The notes beneath the pieces are model-generated. The model searched no databases, was not told where the DNA came from, and saw only the letters and a list, made by a program, of their open reading frames with translations. A program made the position numbers and the translations under genes. DNA of 57,892 nucleotides from an uncultured Candidatus Saccharibacteria bacterium (lineage in GTDB: Bacteria; Patescibacteriota; Minisyncoccia; UBA6257; Colwellbacteraceae), in contig CAZMCG010000001.1 of assembly GCA_964565105.1 (NCBI GenBank), forward strand, positions 1 through 57,892. The letters run 5' to 3'. Shown here in pieces: positions 36,502 to 44,936 of this stretch (its first letter is position 1; each line of letters opens with the position of its first letter).

Positions 36502-36598
36502 GTGTTAGGTGATGGGTTATAGGTGATAGATTAAAATCATGAAAAAACGTCAGTCGAAAAGTTTTAAAACCTCTAACCTAAAACCCCTAACCTCTCCA

Positions 36599-37447
36599 AT
36601 GAATTACGTTTTTTTCGGAACACCACACTTCGCAACAATTATTTTGGAAAAAATGATTGATGCGAATATGCCGCCTTCTATACTTATTTGCAATCCGGAC
36701 CGCCCAGCCGGTCGCAAAAAAATTATCACTCCCCCGCCAACAAAGGAGTTGGTAATGCAAAAAAGCCCGGATACAAAAATTTTTCAGCCGGAAAATAAAA
36801 ATGAACTTACGAGCTTAGCAAAAGAGATATTTGAAAACGCAAAAGTTGGTGTTGTCGCGGCTTACGCTCACATACTCCCCTCTCGTGTTATAGATAAAGC
36901 GCTAGGAGGCATCGTCGGCGTTCACCCATCACTTCTGCCTAAGCTTCGTGGGCCATCTCCAATCCAGGGGGCGATTCTCGAAGGTGATACAGAGGGTGGT
37001 ATTACTCTATATCTTTTAGATACCAAGGTAGACCATGGACCTATCATTAGACAAGAGAAGCATAGTATTTCAAAAATTGACACATATCTTACTTTACACG
37101 ACACACTTGCCAACCTTGCTGGAGAGCTTCTTATAAAAACACTACCAAATCTAGACAAACTAGAAGCACAACCACAGAAAGAGTCTGAGGCGACATTTAC
37201 AAAAAAGTTTATAAGTGAAGATGGATACATCTCACCCAAGGATCTAAAAAAAGCACAAAGTGGTCACAAAAAAGTCGCCCAAAAAGTCTTCCGTAAAATC
37301 CGCGCTCTTAACCCAGAACCCGGAGTCTACACAATACAAGACAATGTCCGCACTAAGCTTTTAAAGGCCAGAGTGGATAATGGGAAACTTGTTCTAGAAA
37401 TAGTCCAAAAAGAAGGTGGGCTTCCAGTACTCAGTGTCCCGAGGTAA
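36599..37447 (+). CDS. fmt: Methionyl-tRNA formyltransferase
   Basis: MNYVFFGTPHFA..IL, plus NPDRPAGRKK and HPSLLPKLRGPSPIQ. The start at 36599 is preferred over 36539, whose extra 20 aa come from a low-complexity leader. Confidence 0.9.
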   Translation: MNYVFFGTPHFATIILEKMIDANMPPSILICNPDRPAGRKKIITPPPTKELVMQKSPDTKIFQPENKNELTSLAKEIFENAKVGVVAAYAHILPSRVIDKALGGIVGVHPSLLPKLRGPSPIQGAILEGDTEGGITLYLLDTKVDHGPIIRQEKHSISKIDTYLTLHDTLANLAGELLIKTLPNLDKLEAQPQKESEATFTKKFISEDGYISPKDLKKAQSGHKKVAQKVFRKIRALNPEPGVYTIQDNVRTKLLKARVDNGKLVLEIVQKEGGLPVLSVPR

Positions 37448-37631
37448 CCCTGGAGTATTGGAATAAAAAAGAGAACGCCTCTGGGGGAGAGACGTTCTCA
37501 TATGTTCGCTGAAGAGCAAGCCCCCCAGCGAACGTAAATAATATATACAAGTAATTATTTTTTGTCAATAGCTTGTGCTGGTTCTATTAAACTTATTTAG
37601 AAATATCATACCCGTTAAATAGTATGCACCA

Positions 37632-38644
37632 GGCCTGTTTTAGGCACACACATTTGGCGGGTTTGTTAATTTGTAATCGGCAAGGAATTCATTCGGTGTC
37701 TTGCCACCCAACCCGCAGTGCTCAAGGTTGTTGTACTTAGTATTCCATACCCTCATCTCTTTGCGCAACTGACCCACACTTTTAAACCTGCGATTTAAGA
37801 GTCTTCTGTTGTCTTCCCTGTGACTTCTCTCCACCGTGCCGTTTTGTGATGGCTTTCCAGGATCAATGAGGTAGTGAGTGATATTGTGTTGTGCGCAGAA
37901 CTTGTCCAGTGCGTGTATCTCTTTGACCGTCATATCACTCCTTTTGTTTGTGCCTGTATAGTAGTTGGTGAATGTGGAGTGATTGTCTGTTTTGATGGCG
38001 ACAATTGTATGGGGGAATCTCCTCATCACAATCTTGAGAAACTCAATGGAGTGATATGTGCACTCTTCGTCAAACACCTCTAAGTGACGCCATCTGCTTG
38101 CAGTATCAATAGCGGTGTATTGGTAGTATTTCCTGCCCTGTATGGCTCCGGGAACGTGTTTAACGTCAATTTCAATAAGTTCACCGAGTTTTCTTTCCGC
38201 GCGAAGATATTTGTATTTCACTCTCTTCACTCTGTATTTGCGAACCAACCTCTCTTTTTTGAGTATCTTGCCGACAGTACGCTCATGGATACGAATACCT
38301 TCCTTTTCGAGCCTCCAGTGTATCTTTTTGGCGCATATATCCTCTTTTCCGCGCAAGGCGATAATCTTCTCCTTGATCGCAATTGGCGTCTCAATACGAT
38401 ATCTCTTCGGTTCCGTTGACCTTGGCTCAAGGTTCTTTTCTCCACCTTTCTTGTATGTTGCCACCCAGCGTTCAAGCGTCCTCTTGCCGTACGGACATAC
38501 TTTAGCCGCATCGACTAGCTTTATCTCCTTTTTAACTATGGGGAGTACCCATCTTAGCCTCTCTTCTTTAATTGTTTGTGCCATATATATTGCCATTCTC
38601 CCATTCTAGGGAAAACCGCCATATGTGTGTGCACATTACCGGCC
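37632..38644 (-). mobile_element. IS481-family insertion sequence (about 1.0 kb)
   Basis: Imperfect terminal inverted repeats ggcacacacatttggcgg (37643-37660) and ccgccatatgtgtgtgc (38616-38632), possibly extending to about 28 nt. A single DDE transposase ORF ends inside the left IR. Confidence 0.7.
37640..38596 (-). CDS. IS481-family DDE transposase (HTH + rve integrase core)
   Basis: N-terminal HTH with CPYGKRTLERWV. Catalytic region IEIDVKHV...YQYTAIDTASRW...IKTDNHSTF...PSQNGTVERSH. Confidence 0.9.
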   Translation of the reverse strand: MAIYMAQTIKEERLRWVLPIVKKEIKLVDAAKVCPYGKRTLERWVATYKKGGEKNLEPRSTEPKRYRIETPIAIKEKIIALRGKEDICAKKIHWRLEKEGIRIHERTVGKILKKERLVRKYRVKRVKYKYLRAERKLGELIEIDVKHVPGAIQGRKYYQYTAIDTASRWRHLEVFDEECTYHSIEFLKIVMRRFPHTIVAIKTDNHSTFTNYYTGTNKRSDMTVKEIHALDKFCAQHNITHYLIDPGKPSQNGTVERSHREDNRRLLNRRFKSVGQLRKEMRVWNTKYNNLEHCGLGGKTPNEFLADYKLTNPPNVCA

Positions 38645-38648
38645 CCCA

Positions 38649-38676
38649 TTGACTTTAATATATAAATCTATATAAA
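38649..38676 (+). promoter_or_regulatory. Sigma70-like promoter for the N1 candidate RNA
   Basis: TTGACT (38649-38654), 16 nt, TATAAA (38671-38676). A second TGATAAT lies at 38681-38687. Confidence 0.45.
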
Positions 38677-38684
38677 CTAGTGAT

Positions 38685-39038
38685 AATGGTTGCACAATAG
38701 GTGCAAGGTTCTGATCTTTACAAATTCTCAACGGACGCCCTTCTGTCGATCGACGGTCCACGATTGACGGCGTCCACCTCGGACTGCCCTGACCCTGGTT
38801 CACGAGCTCTACTGTACAACGGGGCTCACCGAATTTGCGCATTCTCGCTTTGCGCAAGTTTCTCCCACTCCCTCCAGGGTCAGAGCAGTCCCTAAAAATC
38901 CAAGATTTCCCTCCCCGTCCATAACGCAGGTAACCCCCACCAGCGTACCTCTCTGATTCCCCTATTAACACAGAGAGTGAGGGCGGGGAGGGAGTCTTCT
39001 CGCACACATCGACGCCACAAGCGTCGATTTCTTTTTTT
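38685..39038 (+). ncRNA. Unclassified GC-rich structured RNA candidate (N1, about 350 nt)
   Basis: Lies between a promoter-like element and a strong intrinsic terminator. Long-range helices: 38781-38798/38874-38891 (17 of 18 bp), 38733-38739/38769-38775 and 38908-38917/38984-38993. No ORF with an RBS. GC is visibly above the flanks. Confidence 0.5.
39008..39038 (+). terminator. Intrinsic terminator ending N1
   Basis: atcgacgc-cacaa-gcgtcgat followed by ttcttttttt. Confidence 0.75.
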
Positions 39039-39116
39039 AAATGTGTTTATTCTACTGCGTCGAACATGCAACGATAAAAAACGGGGGTGTCTTAATTCAT
39101 AATTCCCAATTCCTTC

Positions 39117-39779
39117 CTACGGCCACTTGTGTCGGGCTTTCGGGTAAATCTGGGAAAGTGGGTGTTCTCCACAATCTCTATGGTGCCTCCTTATACAAAT
39201 ATATCTACCGTATAAAACAAGCCTGTGGTTAAAGTCTCCCCAATCTCTCTTTGGAATTATTTTCATCAAATCTTGCTCGATTTTCACAGGATCTTTATTA
39301 TCAGTAAGATCAAGTTTTTGTGATAATCTCGCAACATGTGTATCAACTGCAATTCCTTCTATAACTCCATATGCATTTCTCAAAACAATATTCGCGGTCT
39401 TTCTTGCAACGCCAGGTAGTGTAAGTATCTCATCCATAGTTTTTGGAACCTCTCCCCCATAGTCTTCTTTTATTTTTTTTGTAGCACCTAAGATATTTTT
39501 TGTTTTACTCCTGAAAAAACCACTCTGGTGAATGTCTTTTTCAAACTCAACTGGCCTTGCATTAACATAGTCATCAAGTGTTTTGTATTTTTTGAAGAGC
39601 TCACCTGTTATCTCATTTACCTTCTTATCGGTCGCTTGCGCGGATAAAATTACGGCTATCAAAAGTTGTAGCGGATTTTTATATTTTAGCTCAATTTCTG
39701 CGTCGGGGAAAAGTTTTTTAAGTTTCTTATTAATTTTTTTAGCGCGCGCCCTTCGTTCCTCAAGTTTCCTATTCGTCAT
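39117..39779 (-). CDS. nth: Endonuclease III (HhH-GPD DNA glycosylase)
   Basis: Contains LIAVILSAQATDKKVN, LPGVARKTANIVL and VDTHV.R. Only two Cys remain in the C-terminal Fe-S region. Confidence 0.9.
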   Translation of the reverse strand: MTNRKLEERRARAKKINKKLKKLFPDAEIELKYKNPLQLLIAVILSAQATDKKVNEITGELFKKYKTLDDYVNARPVEFEKDIHQSGFFRSKTKNILGATKKIKEDYGGEVPKTMDEILTLPGVARKTANIVLRNAYGVIEGIAVDTHVARLSQKLDLTDNKDPVKIEQDLMKIIPKRDWGDFNHRLVLYGRYICIRRHHRDCGEHPLSQIYPKARHKWP

Positions 39780-39806
39780 ACTGTTAGTGTGGGGATATAT
39801 TTATAC

Positions 39807-40409
39807 TTAGCCTCTCCCTATAATTGCGCTTCCCAATGTCTCTTGGTCGGCAAACTCAACCTCTCCTCCAGTAGGGATACCACGCCCGAGGCGAGAAATT
39901 TTTTTCGCAAAGGGCTTTAACTCCTGAGCTATGATATCCGCAATTATTCCTCCCTCTACGGTTGGACTCGTCGCGATAATAATCTCATCCGCACTACCGT
40001 TCAACTCTCCCTCAATCCAGCCAATCAAACTTTTTATTCTTAACCTCTGACTGGGCTCAAGTACTCCATTTCTCCGCAAGTCTCCGAGAACCAAGTATCT
40101 GCCATTAAACTTTCCAGTGTTTTCCATAGATATTATGTCCGTTTCTTTTTCTACAACTGCGATAACTGACTGATCACGCCCCTTGTCTCCGCAATAATCA
40201 CAAAGTTCATTCGCATTTTCGTGAATGTAAAAACAGTTTTTACAAAGTTGAATTTTTTTTAAATCCGCTATAGCCCCTATAGCTTCATCCTGAAAGCTAA
40301 TACCACTACGCACAAAATAGAAAGCAAGACGTATCGCTTGCCTTGGTCCTATCCCAGGGAGCGCGGAAAAAATATCAACGAATTTCTTGATTGATTCCGG
40401 TACTTTCAT
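39807..40409 (-). CDS. recR: Recombination protein RecR
   Basis: LPGIGPRQA.RLAF, a C4 zinc finger CKNC...CDYC and a Toprim domain. Confidence 0.95.
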   Translation of the reverse strand: MKVPESIKKFVDIFSALPGIGPRQAIRLAFYFVRSGISFQDEAIGAIADLKKIQLCKNCFYIHENANELCDYCGDKGRDQSVIAVVEKETDIISMENTGKFNGRYLVLGDLRRNGVLEPSQRLRIKSLIGWIEGELNGSADEIIIATSPTVEGGIIADIIAQELKPFAKKISRLGRGIPTGGEVEFADQETLGSAIIGRG

Positions 40410-41760
40410 ACTGATGCGTTTCGTCTATTGTTTGGAAGCTCGTCTTTTGTTTATCAAAAAATAATCTAACTGTGCCCTGCGGGCCATTGCGGTGCTTAGC
40501 GACTATTATCTCAACCACATTCTGGTCCTCAGGCAGGACATCTAACTTACCCATATCTTTCGGATACAAAAACATAACAACATCCGCATCCTGCTCTATG
40601 GAGCCGGATTCTCGCAGATCCGAAAGCCGTGGAATCTTGATTTCCCTCTGATCAACCGCGCGTGAAAGCTGTGAGACTGTCAAAATCGGAACATCAAGCT
40701 CTCTTGCTAAACTTTTAATACCACGCGAAGTTTCAGTTACTTGCTGAACAACGCTTTCATAATTCTTTCTTGGCTGAATCAGCTGCAAGTAATCAATAAC
40801 GAGAAGGGCCAATTTGCCTTGCTCGGTCTGCAAGCGCCGCGCCATAGAGCGAATTTGCACGATGTTGGGTGAGGGCGTGTCGTCTATAAAAAGCGGTGCC
40901 TTATTTAATCTATCAAAGGCTGCTTGGATCATACTAAAGTCCGATTCGCTACTTAGTCGTCCGGTGCGAAGCTTCCAAAGATCAACCTGCGCTTCTGCCG
41001 AGATAAACCTGTCGATAACCTGCTCCCTACTCATCTCTAAAGAAAAAACTCCTACGGGCTGATTTTCATTTACCGCTACATGGCGCGCGATGTCTAAAAC
41101 AAATGACGTCTTACCATACGATGGGCGCGCACCAACGATAATAAACTCTGAGCGCTGAAGACCAGAGAGTATATTATCAACTCCAGAAAATCCAGTTGGG
41201 ACCCCACGCAAACGATGTTCGTCTCCCCCTCCTTCGTGTAGCTTCTCAATACGCGCATATGCTTCTTTTAAGTCATCTTTTATATGCCCAAAGTGCCGGA
41301 CAAGCGATCTCTGTGATATAGCAAAAATACTTTGCTCAACACTATCAAGCATTTCATCTAAATCTTCAGGAGTGTCAAATACGCGCTCCGTAATTTCTGC
41401 GGACGCCCTTATAAGATCCCTTAGGACCGCCTTTTCTTTTACGGTTTTTGCGTAGTGCTCTATATGTGAAGCTGTGGGCACTGAGTTTACAAGCTCGGTT
41501 AAATATGTAGAGCCACCAATTTCTTTCAATTTCTTTCTATCTTTAAGCTCGGTTGTAACACTCAATACATCAATCGGCCCCCTTCCCTCCCAAAGATTCA
41601 AAATCGCCTCATATATAACCTCGTGAGATTTTTTATAAAAATCTTTGGCAATTAAAAGATCTGCGACAAGTGAAATCGAATCTTTATCTATCATAAGCGC
41701 ACCTAAAACAGATTGCTCTGCACCTATGTCTTGTGGTGGAATTTTTACATTTTTGGCCAT
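40375..41760 (-). CDS. dnaB: Replicative DNA helicase DnaB
   Basis: PQDIGAEQSVLGALM, GARPSYGKTSF, VIDYLQLI and SQLSRAVDQR. Confidence 0.95.
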   Translation of the reverse strand: MAKNVKIPPQDIGAEQSVLGALMIDKDSISLVADLLIAKDFYKKSHEVIYEAILNLWEGRGPIDVLSVTTELKDRKKLKEIGGSTYLTELVNSVPTASHIEHYAKTVKEKAVLRDLIRASAEITERVFDTPEDLDEMLDSVEQSIFAISQRSLVRHFGHIKDDLKEAYARIEKLHEGGGDEHRLRGVPTGFSGVDNILSGLQRSEFIIVGARPSYGKTSFVLDIARHVAVNENQPVGVFSLEMSREQVIDRFISAEAQVDLWKLRTGRLSSESDFSMIQAAFDRLNKAPLFIDDTPSPNIVQIRSMARRLQTEQGKLALLVIDYLQLIQPRKNYESVVQQVTETSRGIKSLARELDVPILTVSQLSRAVDQREIKIPRLSDLRESGSIEQDADVVMFLYPKDMGKLDVLPEDQNVVEIIVAKHRNGPQGTVRLFFDKQKTSFQTIDETHQYESTGINQEIR

Positions 41761-43106
41761 ACAAAAGAATCTAATGATGTATCTTCTATTATATATCCTA
41801 AACGTTCAATTTTTTTTCTCAAGTCATCCGCCTTAATAAACTGTTCATTACTTCTATATTTTCCACGAAGTACAACAAGTTTTTTAATGTCTATCGGGGG
41901 CGTTGCCATTTTGTCGGCTCTTTCTATGTCAAGCCCAAGTACCTTGTCAAATCTTAAAAGAGCTTCTCTTTTTATTCTTGCTCCAACTTCACTGTCAGAT
42001 ATTAGTTGATGAATAACTGATAGTGCTCGAGGAGTATTTAAATCATCATCAATGGCATCTTTAAACTTCCTTTCATAACCCCTAGTACCCCCCTTTCGCT
42101 TATCACTTTTTGAAAGAAATCCCAAAAGTGCGAAGTCGTGATAAAGATTATATAATGCCTTCTCTGCTCCACCGAGTGCTTTCCATGTGAAGTTAAGCTT
42201 GGCGCGATAGTGAGCTCCCAGAACAAAGTAGCGATATGATAAGGGATCAAATCCCTTATTTTCAATATCACGAAGTGTATAAAAATTTTTAAGAGACTTC
42301 CCCATTTTCTTCCCATTTACTTGTAAGTGCTCACTATGCACCCAATATTTTACAAATCTTTTCCCAGTAGCACCCTCACACTGCGCTATTTCATTTTCAT
42401 GATGAGGAAAAATTAAGTCCACTCCGCCCGTGTGAATATCTATTGTATCTCCCAAGTTTGCTGTACTTATCGCTGAACACTCGATATGCCAGCCAGGACG
42501 GCCGTCGCCAAAAGGGCTTTTCCATGATGGCTCCCCCTTTTTCTTTGCCTTCCATAAAACAAAGTCTGCAGCTTCGTTTTTCCCATACTCGTCGGACAAA
42601 ACCCGCGCTCCCGCCTTTAAGTTTACGCCCCCAAGGCGCGCAAGCCGCCCGTAATTTTTAAACTTTGAAATATCAAAATAAGTAGAGCCGTCCCTACCTT
42701 TGTATGTGAGTCCGTTCTTTTCTAATTTCTTTATAAGATTATTTATCGCCTTGAGGCTCCCAGTTACCGTCGGATATTTATGGGCACGCTTGATGTTGAG
42801 CTTGTCCGCATCCTCAAGAAAAGCTTTCGTGAACGGCTTTGTAATTTCAAAAATGCTTTTTAGCTTTTCCTTTTTATAGCGATTGATTACCTTGTCTTCA
42901 ATGTCCGTGATGTTCATCACATGCTTTATGTTGTGTCCGTTGAATTCAAGAGTACGCCTCAAAATATCCTGGAAAATGTATGTGCGTAAATTTCCAATGT
43001 GAACAAAGTCGTATACCGTCGGTCCACAAGTATAAAGCGTTACAGTCTTTTTTAGGGGCTTAAAAACTTCTTTTTTTCTTGAAAGTGTATTATAGAGCTT
43101 GAACAT
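41745..43106 (-). CDS. cysS: Cysteinyl-tRNA synthetase
   Basis: YTCGPTVYDFVHIGN, WHIECS, HHENEIAQ and KMGKS. Confidence 0.95.
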   Translation of the reverse strand: MFKLYNTLSRKKEVFKPLKKTVTLYTCGPTVYDFVHIGNLRTYIFQDILRRTLEFNGHNIKHVMNITDIEDKVINRYKKEKLKSIFEITKPFTKAFLEDADKLNIKRAHKYPTVTGSLKAINNLIKKLEKNGLTYKGRDGSTYFDISKFKNYGRLARLGGVNLKAGARVLSDEYGKNEAADFVLWKAKKKGEPSWKSPFGDGRPGWHIECSAISTANLGDTIDIHTGGVDLIFPHHENEIAQCEGATGKRFVKYWVHSEHLQVNGKKMGKSLKNFYTLRDIENKGFDPLSYRYFVLGAHYRAKLNFTWKALGGAEKALYNLYHDFALLGFLSKSDKRKGGTRGYERKFKDAIDDDLNTPRALSVIHQLISDSEVGARIKREALLRFDKVLGLDIERADKMATPPIDIKKLVVLRGKYRSNEQFIKADDLRKKIERLGYIIEDTSLDSFVWPKM

Positions 43107-43191
43107 TGTTTTAAAATTATAGCATGAATGGTGGGTTAGCTTGATAGCTCATTAGCTCGTTAGTTTGTTGGTTTGTTAGCTTGTTAGTAAC

Positions 43192-43225
43192 AAAAAAGAA
43201 AGCCACCTTCTTGGCAGAAGGTGGC
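43192..43225 (-). terminator. Intrinsic terminator of the GC-rich orphan gene
   Basis: On the minus strand: gccaccttc-tgccaa-gaaggtggc followed by tttctttttt. Confidence 0.75.
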
Positions 43226-43292
43226 AGAAGGGAAGCGCGCGGGCGGTATTCTACCACACCGCACGCTTCCCTCTTGGCAGGAACGACGCCAG

Positions 43293-43709
43293 TTAGCCAA
43301 CCGTGACTGTAACTTCGTCCGTCGCTCTTTTTGCGTGAAAAACAAGTTCAGGATCCTCAAGCTCCTGATGGCGGAGCTCTCTGTACCGGTGGCTCAGAGC
43401 CTCCGGTAACACGTGCTCCTCGAGAAACCTCGCAAGCAACGCTTCCCTCTCCACGTGACTACGGGAGAATGTCCTCATCAGAGGAACAACGACGTTCGCC
43501 AGAAAGTCGTGTGTACTCGCAGAAATCCACGGAGCAGAGGGGGTTACAACGAAGCATATAATCTCCGCGGAGAGCGCCTTGAAGAATTCACGATCCCCTC
43601 CCATAGCCAACTCATCAGCTGCGCCCCACGCTTCACGCATGAGTCCTTCTAGAAACCGCTGACGCTGGCTCTCTCTTATCTGCCACGCGGGGCCTGTTAT
43701 TTCAGACAT
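43293..43709 (-). CDS. Hypothetical protein (GC-rich orphan cassette)
   Basis: 138-aa ORF with AGGAGG 6 nt upstream of the ATG. It has its own promoter and terminator. GC is clearly above the flanking cysS and rplU. Confidence 0.7.
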   Translation of the reverse strand: MSEITGPAWQIRESQRQRFLEGLMREAWGAADELAMGGDREFFKALSAEIICFVVTPSAPWISASTHDFLANVVVPLMRTFSRSHVEREALLARFLEEHVLPEALSHRYRELRHQELEDPELVFHAKRATDEVTVTVG

Positions 43710-43764
43710 TCTTGCCTCCTAATAGTTAAGGTTCAATCAAATAGGTATTTCCTATTTCCCACTC

Positions 43765-43793
43765 TTTATACCAACTAAAAGCCTTATTGTCAA
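43765..43793 (-). promoter_or_regulatory. Promoter of the orphan gene
   Basis: On the minus strand: TTGACA (43788-43793), 17 nt, TATAAA (43765-43770). Confidence 0.6.
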
Positions 43794-43889
43794 GTAACCC
43801 CTAAGGGTGCTCCCGCCGGATCTGCATATCTGTCGCACGCTGCCAAAGGCTATGACCGATGGAGCACAGACAGGAGCGAACAAGCGGGA

Positions 43890-43917
43890 TAAAAAATCAC
43901 CAGCTAAAGCTGATGAT
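43890..43917 (-). terminator. Intrinsic terminator downstream of rplU
   Basis: On the minus strand: atcatcagc-ttta-gctggtgat followed by tttttt. Confidence 0.6.
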
Positions 43918-43977
43918 TCTTGCACGCTCGGCGGATCAAGGGTGAAAACTAGTAACTTATCAGCTACTAATCTTTAC

Positions 43978-44083
43978 CCATTCGATTTTACTCAGGACGA
44001 GAATTGGAACTAATTACTATTTATATTTGTCCATTCGATTTTACTCAGGACGAGAATTGGAACTAATTACTATTTATATTTGT
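43978..44083. repeat. Perfect 53-bp tandem duplication covering the 3' end of rplU
   Basis: 43978-44030 is identical to 44031-44083. The second copy contains the last 6 codons plus the TAG of rplU. Confidence 0.9.
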
Positions 44084-44383
44084 TATCTCAACCTCGGTAA
44101 AGGGTTGTCTGTGTCCCTTCTTTTTTCTATACCTAGTCTTAGGGTGATAACGAAATACAATCACCTTATCAGACCTCCCCTGTTGCAAAACCTTTGCCTC
44201 AACTTTTACTCCTTTTAAATATGGATAACCTATCTCAATATCATCGTTATTATTAGACAAAAGAACCCTGTCAAATAAGAAACTATCCCCCTCTTCGGTG
44301 TTGAGCTTCTCCACTTTTATCTTATCACCCACAAAAACCCTATACTGTTTACTACCCGTTTCTATAACTGCAAATTTACTCAT
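44063..44383 (-). CDS. rplU: 50S ribosomal protein L21
   Basis: MSKFAVIETGSKQYRV..GD.I.VEKL and KV.VFRY..K..YRKK.GHRQ..TEV.I. Confidence 0.95.
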   Translation of the reverse strand: MSKFAVIETGSKQYRVFVGDKIKVEKLNTEEGDSFLFDRVLLSNNNDDIEIGYPYLKGVKVEAKVLQQGRSDKVIVFRYHPKTRYRKKKGHRQPFTEVEITNINSN

Positions 44384-44621
44384 ATTTTCTTACTATTATT
44401 TATTCTGTGATAATAAATCTTATCAGCACCCTATTTAATGACTCTTCTTACTGGACACCACAAGATTAATATATCAACACTCATTAAAGTAAATAATGCG
44501 GTTACCGTCAACCCCAAGCAAAGCCCAGATTAAATAATTTCTATAACCCCGCCCTAGACCATGGGTTATGCCACCAAATAACTGGGCGCGTTTTTTCATT
44601 TATATGCAACTTGCAAATTAG

Positions 44622-44912
44622 TTAAGGTTGGGTCTTTTTTGGGACCACAATGATTAAACGTTCATGCGGAAGTCGGTAATTAAATCTTGCACGCAATTCT
44701 TTTTCCAAATTATGTGGATCGGAAAAATATTCAATATCACGATATAGCCTCTCATTACCCTCGTGCAAGAGATTAAGTTCGTCTGTAACTTTAGCTGTTT
44801 CTAATTTTAGTGCACGCCTATCAAAATTAATTGTATAAGCTTGAAATAAAATCCCACCCAATATAACAATAAATATAAGCAAAACAAGTACTTTAACACC
44901 CTTATTATTCAT
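44622..44912 (-). CDS. Septum-formation initiator (FtsB/DivIC-like)
   Basis: 96 aa with a single N-terminal transmembrane segment, a coiled coil and a C-terminal SDPHNLEKELRARFNY..P.E. Confidence 0.75.
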   Translation of the reverse strand: MNNKGVKVLVLLIFIVILGGILFQAYTINFDRRALKLETAKVTDELNLLHEGNERLYRDIEYFSDPHNLEKELRARFNYRLPHERLIIVVPKKTQP

Positions 44913-44936
44913 ATATTATAGTTTACAAAAAGAGTA

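Noticed and set aside
38685-39038. N1, considered as tmRNA, 6S RNA or a riboswitch.
   Set aside because: There is no T-arm or acceptor on either strand, no tag-like ORF ending in hydrophobic-Ala-Ala, no B12, TPP, glycine or ZTP core seen by eye, and no downstream gene on its strand. It is therefore kept as an unclassified candidate rather than assigned.
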